DNA from: Orbicella franksi
Taxonomy: Eukaryota
Direction: 5' to 3'
DNA length: 64,000 nt
Assembly: GCA_964199315.1 (NCBI GenBank)
Contig: OZ116706.1
Coordinates: forward strand, 9,672,001 to 9,736,000
Part shown: positions 37,543 through 49,751 of the stretch, one piece after another
How positions within the stretch are numbered: the stretch's first letter is position 1
Layout of the letters: every line of letters starts with the position of its first letter
Translations under genes and position numbers: made by a program
Notes under the pieces: generated by a model
Told to the model about the DNA's origin: nothing
The model's database searches: none
What the model saw: the letters and a program-made list of their open reading frames with translations, nothing else

Positions 37543-37941
37543 ATGCAGAATTCTCGGTATATAAAACTTTAAAGCTTTCCTGTAAAGCCGGTATAGTTGA
37601 AATATACTAAATTGCACCAAATTCTGCGAGCAATTTTTGACAGCAAACAATCGTTGCTATGGCGTTGTTATGTTGAAATAGAGCTACAATAAATGTATTA
37701 GATTTCCTCAATTTGAACGTAAATCAAGGCATCATTGGAGCAAAATCGCTTCAAAATACGTTTTGCAAACGCTCACAGATGTCCATAGAGTCAGGCAAAA
37801 TGGTTTCTGGGAGCCTGTTCTAGCTATAGGCTCTAGGTCAGTGGGAACGATCGAAATAGTAAGCGGGCGGTCACTGACCTATATTTTAATTTAGTCTATT
37901 TAGGCTAGGTTTCCAGGGGAGAGGCTAAATAATCCTGAGTG

Positions 37942-38306
37942 CACTCTTTTTTTTTTTTTTTAAGAACGTCTAATTTTGGAGCTGAGGCTGAACGTTCTTA
38001 TATTTTTTTGTGCCGGATTTGAGGCTGAAAACGTTCTTAAGATGTTCTTAAATTTACATGGTATAATACTCCAGACCTTGTATCAACTGATGACTTTGAT
38101 GGTGTGGAAGTTATTTTGGAACAAAACATACCCTTAAGTATTTGGGTAATTTACATTTTTGTTACCTTTACTTTTGCTTGTCATTTGATATACAGATTAG
38201 ATAAAACTGACGTTCTTAATCGACTCTCAGCCTGAAGAATGTTCTTAATAAGCTCTTACAATTTTGGTTAATCTCAGCTTCAGCGTTCTTATCTAAAAAA
38301 AGAGTG
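37942..38306. mobile_element. MITE with CACTC...GAGTG termini and repeated AACGTTCTTA motifs
   Basis: CACTCTTTTT...TAAGAACG pairs with CGTTCTTA...AAAAAGAGTG; right flank TA (Tc1/mariner-like is inference). Confidence 0.55.
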
Positions 38307-40044
38307 TATAAGACCACGGTATTCATTTCACACTGATCTCCTCTTCCACGAAACCGTACAAATCAGAAACATTTATAATTATGCTAAAAAGATCCTATTG
38401 AAATTATACAACTGGCTTAATTACATGCGTGTCATTTAGCCCTTAGTTTTACAGTTACAAAGCAATAACTTTTATGGATTTCTAGTTCCTATTTACCTTT
38501 TCATAATTCCAGTCGTCCTCCCATAGGTAATCAGAATTGTTTATGCTGCCTTCGACGCACCCATGTGCTTAATTCCCTGACGATCGAACGAAGATCATGT
38601 CTGTGACATGAAAACAGAGGCGCGTGTAAAAAGAATCGTCATTACAGAGTTGAGTTCAAACTAGCGCAAATTACTAAAAGAAAGCCAGATTCGTGACCGC
38701 ATAAAGCGTCTAGTCTAGCTCTCATTTGACCTGAGATTCTAATCGCTGTTGGTAACTCAGTCTTTGCGCTTGGCGTCAAATTTGAGCCTATCAAGACTGT
38801 ATCCAACTTCTTGAAAGTGTCGGCGAGAGTTTTCTCTAGATGAACTATATATGCTAATGGGAGTTAACTACTCTCCGTAATTCTTGCTTCCCGTAAGCCT
38901 AATATTATTCTATCCTGCTGTAGTTTTTCAACACATACAAAATTGCTCTCAATTCGAGCTTATACTATCTTAAATTCTATCGTAGGTGCGTTTTAATTTG
39001 AGGCCTTGGGAATTCCAGAAAAATCCTGTGCTGCGTAACAACGCGACGCCAGAGAAACAAAGATTCCGGCTTCAGATCACATGTGCCAGTCACTATCAGC
39101 GTCTAAGAACTAAAGAGTAACCTTAATCGGCTGGGTTATCACTTACCTGCAAGCAGCGCTTGATTTAGTTACACGCAATATCCCAGACTGGAAACTGTCT
39201 GTGTGCCAGCAGGTTGCACAGTGAGCGAAGAGTCCACTGCAATTAGTGACTGACCAAAAAGTTGTTTTGATTTACTTTGAGGTGAATATTAATTGACGGA
39301 ACAAATCTAACTTGACCTGAACAAATACGAATAAAAATAGTTATTTACATTATTTGCAAGCTTGGGTTGTTAAGCTTGTTCGGCTGGTGTGTAAAAAATC
39401 CTTCATCGATTCTAACCCCCCCCCCCCTGGGGGAGTACTCCCTTTAATGACCTATACGGGAAAACCCCGCCTGAAAGAGCACCTTTTTCAGGCTTCAGGT
39501 ATATAAAAGGGTATAGGTAGTTCACAAAATGAGGTATGTAAAAGGGTAGAGAAATCTGTCATTTAGGTACGACGTGAACCTGGACTGAATTAATAATACT
39601 TGTGTTTTGGTTGACATCTTTTCTGGTAATGCTTGATGTTCTCCAGTGTTGCTGTTCGTTAACTTCATCCCAAGGGTTTAGAAAAGGCATATAGTGTTCT
39701 TAAGTAGGTATGTGAATGGGGTAACCTTTCTTTCGATGAAAGCTAGGTATGCGGAAGGGATGGCTTTTTGAACTGTCAAAATGGTATACAAATGGGTCAG
39801 CCTTTCAGAGTACCCCGGGGGCTTTCAAGTTACGTAATATACCAAAACAGTAACGAAATGATTTGGGGTTTCTTTTTAAACGGAGTGTAAAAAAATTGTT
39901 CTGAGCTAATGAAAAGCTGATTGGAACAGTGAGGAGTGGATGTGTGGCTAAAAAACAGAAACTTGTTTGAATGTCAAAATGACTAATTGCTTTTAACTAG
40001 CTTATCTGTAGTTCCTACACTATCTTTACAACAAACAAACTATG

Positions 40045-40614
40045 CTACGCCGGAGGAATTTGAAAACGGAAGTTTCACTCTGAAAACGCACCAAATGTCG
40101 CTCCATCCACTGACTACGCCGAAGGAATTTGAAAATTAAACGCAACGATAATCGGTCATCAAAACTCGTTCAGGGCCGGGATCACATTATCTGCGCGATG
40201 TCATCGTTTTCAAAAAGCTCAGATTTCAAAATGTTTTCCGTCCACAATGAGGGTGGGTTCCTTTGGGGTGATCTGGATCAGGATCAGTGATCCAAGATCA
40301 CTCGGATCAGAGTTCATCAAAGGAACCGATGAATCCGTGACCAGAGTGGATTCATCGGTTCCTTTGATGCACCATGATCCGAGTGATCTTCGATCACTGA
40401 TCCTGATCCAGATCAGCTTAAATGCAGGCACCCTTGCTGTGGACGGAAAACATTTAAAAATCGCCAACCTGGCGTTTTAAATTCCTCCGGTTTGACTTAA
40501 GAACGTTTTCGAAAAGCTCCGTTTTCGTAAAGGGTTAATTAGTGTGGATGGTAGGCCTAACCGTAGAAATAAAGCTGCGTTTTCAAATTCCTCCGGTATA
40601 AAGTGGACCGGGCC
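40045..40614. repeat. Modular interspersed repeat (CGCCGGAGGAATTTGAAA family) hosting a nested hairpin MITE
   Basis: Repeated ACGCCGGAGGAATTTGAAAA modules in both orientations; homologous to 21045-21203. Confidence 0.7.
40251..40433. mobile_element. Second copy of the 183-bp palindromic MITE, nested in another repeat
   Basis: Core nearly identical to 33066-33248; right terminus diverged; no clean TSD. Confidence 0.88.
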
Positions 40615-41703
40615 AAAAAAATCACTTTTATGATACTCAGACAAATCCAGGCCTGAACGGCCGAACACCGGCCCAGGATCCAGTCCATATCACTCGAATA
40701 AGCAGAGAATGGAGAAGTAGAAACAATACAAAGACAAGTGTACCGTGAAGCAAAACCCTTCGTCATGACCCATCTGTGACCAGCTGTCGCGAGTGGATTA
40801 CTCTTTTTAGCTGTATCACCCCAAGTTAAAGCAACCACCGAAATCTGCCGCCACACAATGGACCACCTTGGCCCACGGCCAATTCTACCGGTATTAGCAC
40901 AGGATGTATCAATATACACACAAGCTATATGTAGTCAAACAAACTACTCTAGATAGCTCAATCTTAAACTGCACTCGCTTGTTTTCTGGTAGTCCCTCTT
41001 GCTACACGGCTATGAACTTCTTCTGTAACTCAATTTCTTTTTCATACGTGACAAAAACGGTATAACTGTACGACAACATTTACTCGCCAGTGCAGAGCGG
41101 AGCAAAGAGCTTCGTTTCGAATATTTAAGCGTACCAAAGGCCACTTTAGACGCTACAACTTGTTACGACAAGCCTGGGACACGAAACGTTTTGTCAGTGG
41201 AAATCAAACCTACAAGACGCTTAAATACAACTATCGTCAAAAAGTGGCGTAGTCTATTAAGAATGTTTTCATAAGTGATGCACTCCAACAATCATGGCCT
41301 CAGATGATGTTTAATCATTGGAAAAAATTTCTCAATGACGATCGCCCCCGCTGTTGACTGAGCATGCTTAAAAATAAAATTTCTATCTTTTATGCTGTAC
41401 CGGTGGAGTAAATGGAACCGGCTGACATTAATTAAGGATTGTTTAATTTGTCTATAGCGCGATAGCGATGTAGTGGTGTAGTAAATAGTTTACAAGAGAT
41501 GCGGCGTAAAAAAAATGTTGTGATCTGTTTTGTGGTGTAATAAATTAAAAAAAAAACGTTGGACTTCTCCAGAGCTATAAAATCTATGAGACGGTGTGGT
41601 TTATTTACAACTAGCTAGGACTGTAAGAAAATATCCGTCGTAAGTTAATTTCCCCTCATCAGGATTTTATCATGCGCGCATTGTCATTCGCAATTTTCTA
41701 TCG

Positions 41704-41854
41704 ATCCGCAATTTTCCATCCGCATTTTTCCAACCGCATTTTTCAATCCGCATTTTTCCAACCGCATTTTTCAATCTCCATTTCCTCATTTTGTCATCCG
41801 CATTCGTCATTCGCATTCGTCATCCGCATTTTTCCATCCGCCGCCATCCGGTCC
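41704..41854. repeat. Degenerate ~14-bp array (TTTTCCATCCGCAT-like)
   Basis: Repeated ATCCGCATT/AACCGCATT units seen directly. Confidence 0.8.
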
Positions 41855-42192
41855 TTTTTTTTTTTTTAACAGAGACCCCAAATAGATATGAGAGACATTC
41901 ACGATAGATTTCTAGGTCACGCAATTTGTCAACGCAAGGAAATTTCCTCTTTCTACTAGAGGAGACTTAAACTACTATCGGAAGTCTTTTTAGTAAAGTT
42001 GTTTGATATTTAGCTAGAATTTAGCATTCAAAATGCATTATAGTCAAGCTTATATTATTACACATAGTCTGAGTATTTTAATCGCGTTTACGAAAATACG
42101 CGGAAACGGAAGTACACTGTATCATCCACTAGCATTTTAAAACGAGTAGCACTGGGAAGGAGAATGGAATACACGGTATACACCCTGACTGA

Positions 42193-42350
42193 ATAGGCCA
42201 TTTCCGAGTTTTCCGTTGCCTCTGTTTCAAAGCGAGTCTTCATGTGAAACTATTCACGTGACATGCAAATCAAACTCATTTTCATGTTAAAGGTTTTGTA
42301 TGAGGACTCGTTTTGAAACAAAGGCTCAAGGTATCTCAGAAATGGCCTAT
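42193..42350. mobile_element. Short MITE with ATAGGCCATTTC...GAAATGGCCTAT termini
   Basis: 12-bp perfect TIR; degenerate relative at about 12690-12860. Confidence 0.7.
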
Positions 42351-42534
42351 CGCTTTTAGGGACTTGTCAGAAATTAGCAGGGGGAGGGGGGTGGGGAAAA
42401 GGAAAACAGCGGCTGGGTCACGGTTTTTTGAGGCCTTCAAAAACAAAGGTTATGAAAAAAAATGACAGGAAAAGAGGGAGGGTTCACAAGAAATTAAGCC
42501 ATCATGATCGTAAAGGATTGCATTAATATTAAGC

Positions 42535-42984
42535 TCTTATTAACCGAGCTAAGTCGGTCTGTATGGGAGAATCTTGACCTAGGTCGTGAGTACAGACCGA
42601 ACGCAGTGAGGTCTGTACACACGACCGAGGTCAAGATTCTCCCATACAGACCGACTTAGCTCGGTTAATAAGATGTTTATTATATGGCAGAGAAGAAAAC
42701 TTTTATTCGTTTAATGTAACTGGTTTGCTTGCAAACGGAGATGAGCTTAACTTAAACCTGCCGAAATTTGCGCTTCCTCTTTACTTCTTTTTTTTGTCAA
42801 CAGGCTTTTTGGCACTTCCATAAATGATTGAGAAGAAAATAAAAGAAAACGGTGAACATTTTTGTATTTTAGTTTGCTACAATTTCAACGCAAAATGAAA
42901 CCGGTCTAGATGCCGGTCTAGATGGGAGTCGAATTCGTGAATTCGGTAGTTCCCAGTCCTCGTGAGACACAGCCATATAATAAT
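42535..42984. mobile_element. Repeat with a long terminal hairpin (42535-42673) and a second short inverted repeat
   Basis: TCTTATTAACCGAGCTAAGTCGGTCTGTATGGGAGAATCTTGACCT and its reverse complement; TTATTATATGGC (42677-42688) pairs with GCCATATAATAA (42972-42983). Confidence 0.7.
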
Positions 42985-44019
42985 ATGTTTTACAAGATAA
43001 CAAAATATCCATGAAAATCAAGGCATGCAATTATTTCCTGACATATTAAAAATACAAGGTATTGAAAGTATAAATGTAACAACCCAACTTATAAAACTTT
43101 TGCTCTTGCACATCAACTGTGTTGTATATCACTCAAAAGAACTGATTTCTCTGACGGCATCACCATATCAGCATTGCTGCTGTCAAGTCATCCTCAACAT
43201 TATTATCACCATTGCCATCATCATCGTCGTCGTCATGATTCGGACATTTTATTTATCCAGGGGAGGGTCATGGAATTTTAGGACGAGTTCCAGGGTCGGG
43301 TCGGGACATTTTCGTCCCTTACCTTGGAAGGGTCATTTTATTTTTATCGCTTAGCTAAAAATCTCTTTCCTCTCCCCGCTCCCCCCCCCCCCCCCGCCTC
43401 TGCTCATCCCTTAGCATTTGCACGCACGCCTTTTTTACCGAGTTTTCTTTCGTTCATTATTATTATTTTTCCTTAGGGCAGTATTTTTTTTACGTAATTA
43501 TGTATAAGATAATTGAAACCCAACAAACCTTAAAAAAAAAAAAACAAAAAAACAACTCAGTCAGTCATTTTCTTATCCCTTTATATGACCACTCCGTAAT
43601 ACGGCCAGATTTCTGTGGCCCGTTGGTGACCTGATTAACGGGATTCCACTGTACTACCAAAATGAATGCGTGGAGAAATTTCATGCCATGATTTCCTACT
43701 GTAGATACGAAATCTCTTTTCAGATCACTAAGCGGCCAAGACCCAAGGATATTGGGTAGTTACCAGTCTCTCTTGAGGAAGGAAGACAAGATACTGGGGA
43801 CGGATGATGACGTATCTTTTGTCATGTTTATTTACATCCAGTTTTGCAAAACAACACTTACTGTGCATGACGGCGCACAAAAAATATTGCTGAGATCAGA
43901 GCAGAAAGCTTGTGTTATAAGAAGCAGCTCCAGTCAACAACTCATTTATACTCTTGTGCGAACCAAATAGCTGTTTATATCACTTTGAATTGAAGGGAAA
44001 TTTCGTTATTGACGAGAAG

Positions 44020-46975
44020 ATGGCACTTTCAGTGAAGGCCTACATCAACCCTGACACAAACCAACAAGAAATTCGACGCTTTGCGATCGACGAAGGTGCC
44101 TCGGCAAACTTTGGCTATTTGAGGCAGAAAATAGAGCAAGTCTTTCCCTCTGTCAGGGGCAAGGCGTTTAAATTGTTTTGGAAAGGTACGTTTATTTGCT
44201 ATGGTCTTAATTTTGTATTGTACGCCCGGTTTCTCAAAGTTTCCGCGACAAACCGTTTCAAAGCTCTTGAGCTGTTAGATATGCTTAATTTCATTACGTA
44301 TGACTTCCGATAGTTAGCTAGAAGGCTGAATATTTTCCTTCTCCCAAACGATGGCAAGAGGACGACACTTTCTGCTCTAGTTTTGTAAGTTACCTTCCAC
44401 AGTAAACGTCCCTGAAAGCTCCGTGAAGGTGAAGCCACAACAGATGTGCTTTGAAACCACTACCACCAGTACGCTGCAGTTGTAGTTTTATTTATGAAAT
44501 ATTTTCTCTTATTCTTTAATTGTTTTCTCCAACAGATGCAGATAACGAGATGATAACATTTTCGAGCGATGAAGAGCTGGTTGAAGCCTTAGGAAGCTTT
44601 AACGGGGATGTCTTTCGTGTGTATGTGAAAGATCTAAACGACGAACAAGATGCGACTCGGTTTGTTGGTGGGTAGCCTAGAAGTTTTTCTGTATTTAGAC
44701 CTATTTAAAATTGTAATCGAACGTTTTAAAAACGTTATACGTGTGAAGTTCGGACTTTACAGATGTCAGAGACCTTTTTTTGTTTTTTTGCACTGTCATC
44801 AAATACACCCCCAAACAAAACTTGACGTGGCACCGTGAAGGCAGAACATTTTTTGCCTAATCACCATGAATATGCATTTGAGTACTTTAAAAAATATAAT
44901 TGGGGAATTTCTGAGGGGTTTTTTTTATTGCTAGTAATTCCTTTGCAGTTGTTCCCTTTTTAATTTTTCTTTTTTTAAATCTGTTTTTCTTGTTTTTATT
45001 TAACAGCAGATGAAACAGAGGACCCAGACCTAACTGGCCAAGCTCATCCTGGTGTGGTCTGTGACAGTTGTGACAAGCACATTCATGGAATCCGCTTCAA
45101 GTGCGTAGTGTGTCCAAACTATGACCTCTGCATGACCTGCGAGACCAAAGGGATGCATAAGGAACACGAGATGCTGCGCATTGCCACCCCAAGAACCGCT
45201 GACAATTGGTTCCATGGCTTCAATCCATTTGCTTTTGGACATCATCCACACCACCCCCTACATGGCCCGTCACCACACCACCCTCCACATGGACCACCAC
45301 CTCATGGAATCCCACCCTTTCACTTTGACTTTGGACATGGATTTGGCCCATGGGGGAGAGGAGGGCGTGGTCGTAGGGGAGGAGGCCGTGGTGGTCGCTG
45401 CCCTAAAGCTAAACGGTGCAACAGTGGAGGAAAGAAGTGTGATCGTCATGCAGCAGCAGAGTCCAATCCAGGTGAAGTTCCTGTAGGGCCACCATTTCTT
45501 CATGCTGTGGGAGAAAGTATTGCCTCATTCCTGGGTCCATTTGGGGTAGAAGTACACACATATGCTAGCAATGAACCAGGTTTGTCCTCTTCATATAATA
45601 ACGTAAACATTGCTTGAAGAGTTTTACTTGTTATATTTGACAAAAATCTTGAACTTGGCCTATGAGCGTCCAGCTCAAGTCATGCTGTGATTACCAATGA
45701 CTCTGTATAGGGAAGGAAACAAAACTGAAAAAGAAAACTACAGTATTACCAGGTGTTTCTTGTGACCTTCTGTGCCATATACCATACATCTTTGATGAGT
45801 TGCTTACGTTTCAGCTGGATTTTTGAGAGGGCACGTGGTAACTGACTGGCTGACTACATTAACATTTTGGTCCATCCAACTTTCTATTTCACTCTGTGTA
45901 CAGGAGAATCCCATTTCCAACAGCTGATACTTATCTACTTCTACACCTGCAATAATTTTTGGCTTTTACAAAATATATCTACCTCCCTATAGATTGTGCT
46001 TTTTTCAACACCCAAGAAATGACTCAGGCTTTTTAATTCTAAAGCCCTAGATTTACAATTGAGTTAACTTATTATTATCACACATGATACATGTCTTTAT
46101 TTCGGTTGTAGTGTTAATTTTTAATCATTTCATGTAGATTGTTGTCAAGGCAGATGTCAGGAGACTGAAAGCTCAGAAGACACTGCACAGGCTGGTCCTT
46201 CAGGCGAGCCCACAGGGTCACCAGCAAATGATGCTATGGAAGAAAGTGCCCCAGAGACAAGTTATGGAGAAACTTCAGAAATGGTAAGGACTTGACAGGA
46301 CACTTGTTTTAATAATTAACTGGTATTTTTAATTATTTTCTTTGTGTAAGCTGTTGCCATGGTCAAATCTGGTTTAAAGAGAGAATACTGTGTTAAAAGT
46401 CTTTTTAGAGGTTAGGCCTGGGTTATTCCAAAGGATAAGTGCTAACAAAACAAACCACACTATCCACTGGATAGCGTGGTTTGTTTTTAAAATTATACTT
46501 ACTATCTACTTTCATGTATTTGTCAATTTGGAATGTTATTTGTCTTCAAGGGTGAAGTTGTTATGGGAAAAAAAGATGTCTTGTCTGAAAACATAACATA
46601 AACATAATAGCCAGTGCAGATCTCATGATCTACACACCTCTCATCACCCCATTCATGTGCTAAATTTATAGTAATACCTAACATGTAGATTTTCATTATG
46701 TGAAATCAATGGTTAATACACTTTCTTAACAGGATGTCCAACCCCCTGAGGAATTTGTTTTGGTTGATGAGGAGAAGACTGCAGAGCCTCAGCAGGGTGA
46801 AGCCTCAGGGACTGCTGCTGATGAAGAGCCAACTGACCCACTGGAGGTGGCCATAGCAAAGATGCGTGCAATGGGATTTGAAGATGACAGTGGCTGGTTG
46901 AAGCAGCTGATTACTGCCAAGGAATATGACTTGAACAAAGTTCTTGATGCCATGCAGTTTGAAGGAAAGCACTGA
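44020..46975 (+). CDS. SQSTM1: Sequestosome-1/p62 autophagy receptor, 5 coding exons
   Basis: Exons: 44020-44185, 44536-44667, 45007-45579 (NAGNAG alternative 45010), 46138-46283, 46733-46975. PB1 (VKAY, EIRRF, DADNEMITFSSDEEL), ZZ (HPGVVCDSC...CVVCPNYDLCMTC...H..H), FLHAVGESIASFLGPFGVEV, LIR-like EEFVLV, UBA (MRAMGFEDDSGWL). Confidence 0.96.
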
Positions 46976-47154
46976 TGTGTGCATCTTTTAATGCATCTTG
47001 CTCAATATTAATCCTGCTGAAATAGAAAGTTTTGATTTAATGTTTCATTGGTGCTGAGTGGTGTTTGTTGTAAATTATGTTTTTCAGGGTTTTAAGTTAC
47101 TGTTGAAAAGAACTGTCATTTTAAATGGAAATGTCAACTAAGTCTGACTCTTAA

Positions 47155-47780
47155 AGGAGGTCACTCCAAAAACTTTACTTTTTTTGTCTTTGCCTATAGC
47201 AAATAAACATTAAGCTTTTCCACTCACCAAAGTTTTAGCCTCTGAAGTGCCCACTATCCTGATGAAATTTGTCTCGAAAGTGACTTTGGAGCTACCATTT
47301 TGAAACTATCTTGGCAGCCAAGTCGTGTTTATGCGACGTCATTCCGTCCAACTCGAAATTGGCGGGAAGGAGAAAAACCTGCAACTGACTTGGCATCCTT
47401 CACAAGGTCAGCAAACTCTATTTTTCCCAAGCAATTATTCACTTCATTATATTCAATGCTATTACTTTAGAACTTGGAGCATGTTTGGCACAAAATAATA
47501 TGGCTCAAGAGCAGCCATAACCCAGAGTGGTAGTAAAAAGACTTGTCGGAAGCCATTTGGACAAAATCTTTTGGATGCAATGACGTCACGAAAACGCAGC
47601 CTGGCTGCTGAGTAATGTCCAAAATGGTGGCAATGATGTTCGAATTTTAGACTTGGAGACAACTTTCATAAGGAAAACCTGTGCTTTTGAGGCCGAAACT
47701 TTGGTGAGTGGCCGAACTTAGAGCAAGGTTTTCATTAACGTTGACAAAAAAATATACGTTTTTTGGAGAGACCTTCTCCT
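47155..47780. mobile_element. Non-autonomous DNA transposon with TTAA target duplication and AGGAG...CTCCT ends (Kolobok-like)
   Basis: TTAA|AGGAGGTCACTCCAAAA and TTTTGGAGAGACCTTCTCCT|TTAA, 180 nt after the p62 stop codon. Confidence 0.7.
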
Positions 47781-49751
47781 TTAAAGCTTACTAAGATTCC
47801 TGAAAACTGCAATCTCTAAGAAGAAAAATACCATCAGTCTTGAGAGCCCAAGTTTGGAGCTCAACAAGACATTTCATTATTGTGAGTCATTCCTGTATTC
47901 TGTCAGGTGTTAAGGGTTTGGTTGTCATTGGGTAAATGTTGTTTGGTTTGGTTAGTGAAAGTTGTGGAGGGTGTAGAAGTGTTATTATTCTAATTGCAAT
48001 ATTAGCAGCAATATGTGTGAAATTTATGTGTGTAGTAGCTTTGCTTGTGAGCAATTGATGCAAAATTAATTAAAAGCTCTTATGGAGAGACGTAACAACT
48101 GTTGGTTGTTCTTGCTTGTATAGTTAATAAAATCAGTATAATTATGTACAGCCATCGCGGGAAGAAAACAGAGACCAGTTGACAGGTGCCATGTCCCCCA
48201 TTCTCCAGCCTTACCCTGTTCCCCTCTAAGTACAATATATCATTTCAATGTTTGTGACATCCCTTCTTTGTAGTTGTAACCCTGACTTTAAAATAACAAC
48301 AACAAGGTGCATAGAAAAAAAATTTTTGGACTTACACTTTGGGTAAGTTCCAATTATAATGCACTACCCCAAGAATCATTCTCACTAGCCACCAAAAAGT
48401 TTCTCTCTTTCAGTACTTCAATTTGTAATTTGAATATACTCTAAAATTTTCCTAAGAAAACTTCACTTGCCATGGGCAAGTGACAGACAAAATCCACTTG
48501 CTCAACTGCAAAATCCACTAGTTCTGAGCTATCAGAAAGGACTTCCTTTGCACACTGAGCAATCAATAAATAGACATGCCAGAACACCAGGCCCAAATGT
48601 GCTTATAAGGGTGATCATGCACCCCAGGTGAAAGGGAAACTTACAAAGCAGTATTACACAAAGTAATGTTTCCTTTAACTTGTTACTCAACGACACACAC
48701 AAAAACATTTGCAAGATATGATACAGACATTCCCTTGTGTAGCGGCCTGTCTTTCTGCATTCTTGGTCAAAGCAGTGCCAAACTATGAAGTTGAATACCT
48801 TTGTCTGTACACAAAAATGCTCTTAGAGAACCAACATGAACATCTTCAGTGAATTGTCAGAGGGAGAGCAAAATGACCACTAACTCGATCAGGTGATGTC
48901 ATGGTGCTTTGCAACTGTGGGCACTTAAACTGTGAGTTCAGTCAATTCTTAGAGAAAGTCTCTCTCCACACAAGGACTAAAATTATTTCCTGATCCCTCA
49001 AGTGTTATTTTGTTGATCACGGTTAGTATACGTAAATGTTAAGTTTCTTGACCAATTCCCTCCTCTGCTTGTAGAGCTTCTTTGACACAGCTACATGCTA
49101 AAAACAACAAATTGTAATTGCATGGCAAAATTTGTAAAACAAATACAACATCGTACATGAAGACATTTCTCTGCACAAAATGAAAGAATGAATGGGTAGT
49201 TCTTTTAATTTACATTTCTACATCGTAACCATATGTCCATCATTGTGTCATCAATATGATGATGAAGGTTTTCACCTTAAGTTTGTACAATATGTGGCTT
49301 AAAAGCATAAATGAATTATATTTTGGTTAACTTTGTATTTATAACCAGACACTAATATTAAAACACCAAAACATGATAGCAGAGTAAAACATGCTTACAT
49401 GTTACTAACATTCATCAAGGATAAGAAAATGCTACCTTGATGGCTTTGATCACAAACTATGTACAAGTCCTGTAACCTTTAAATTACATCAACACGTCTT
49501 GATAACTTAACCAGTCTCAAAGAGCCTAATGGACAGTCACATGTACAATAAGGTGTTGCCATCACTTCCATTGCTGGTTTCTTTTTGCATACATAAGGTT
49601 CACAGCTAATCTACCATATTCCAAATACTTTCCTGTGTTTATAACTGGATGTACATGTACACACTCAAACCCTCCTTCAATGACATGTACATGTACCGGT
49701 AATGTGACTTATTGTTCATCATGGCAAAATTTCAATGGTTTTGTCAAGCCT

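Noticed and set aside
43867-43876. ARE core ATGACGGCGC in the p62 proximal promoter
   Set aside because: The degenerate core occurs about once per 2 kb over both strands, and the flanks match poorly.
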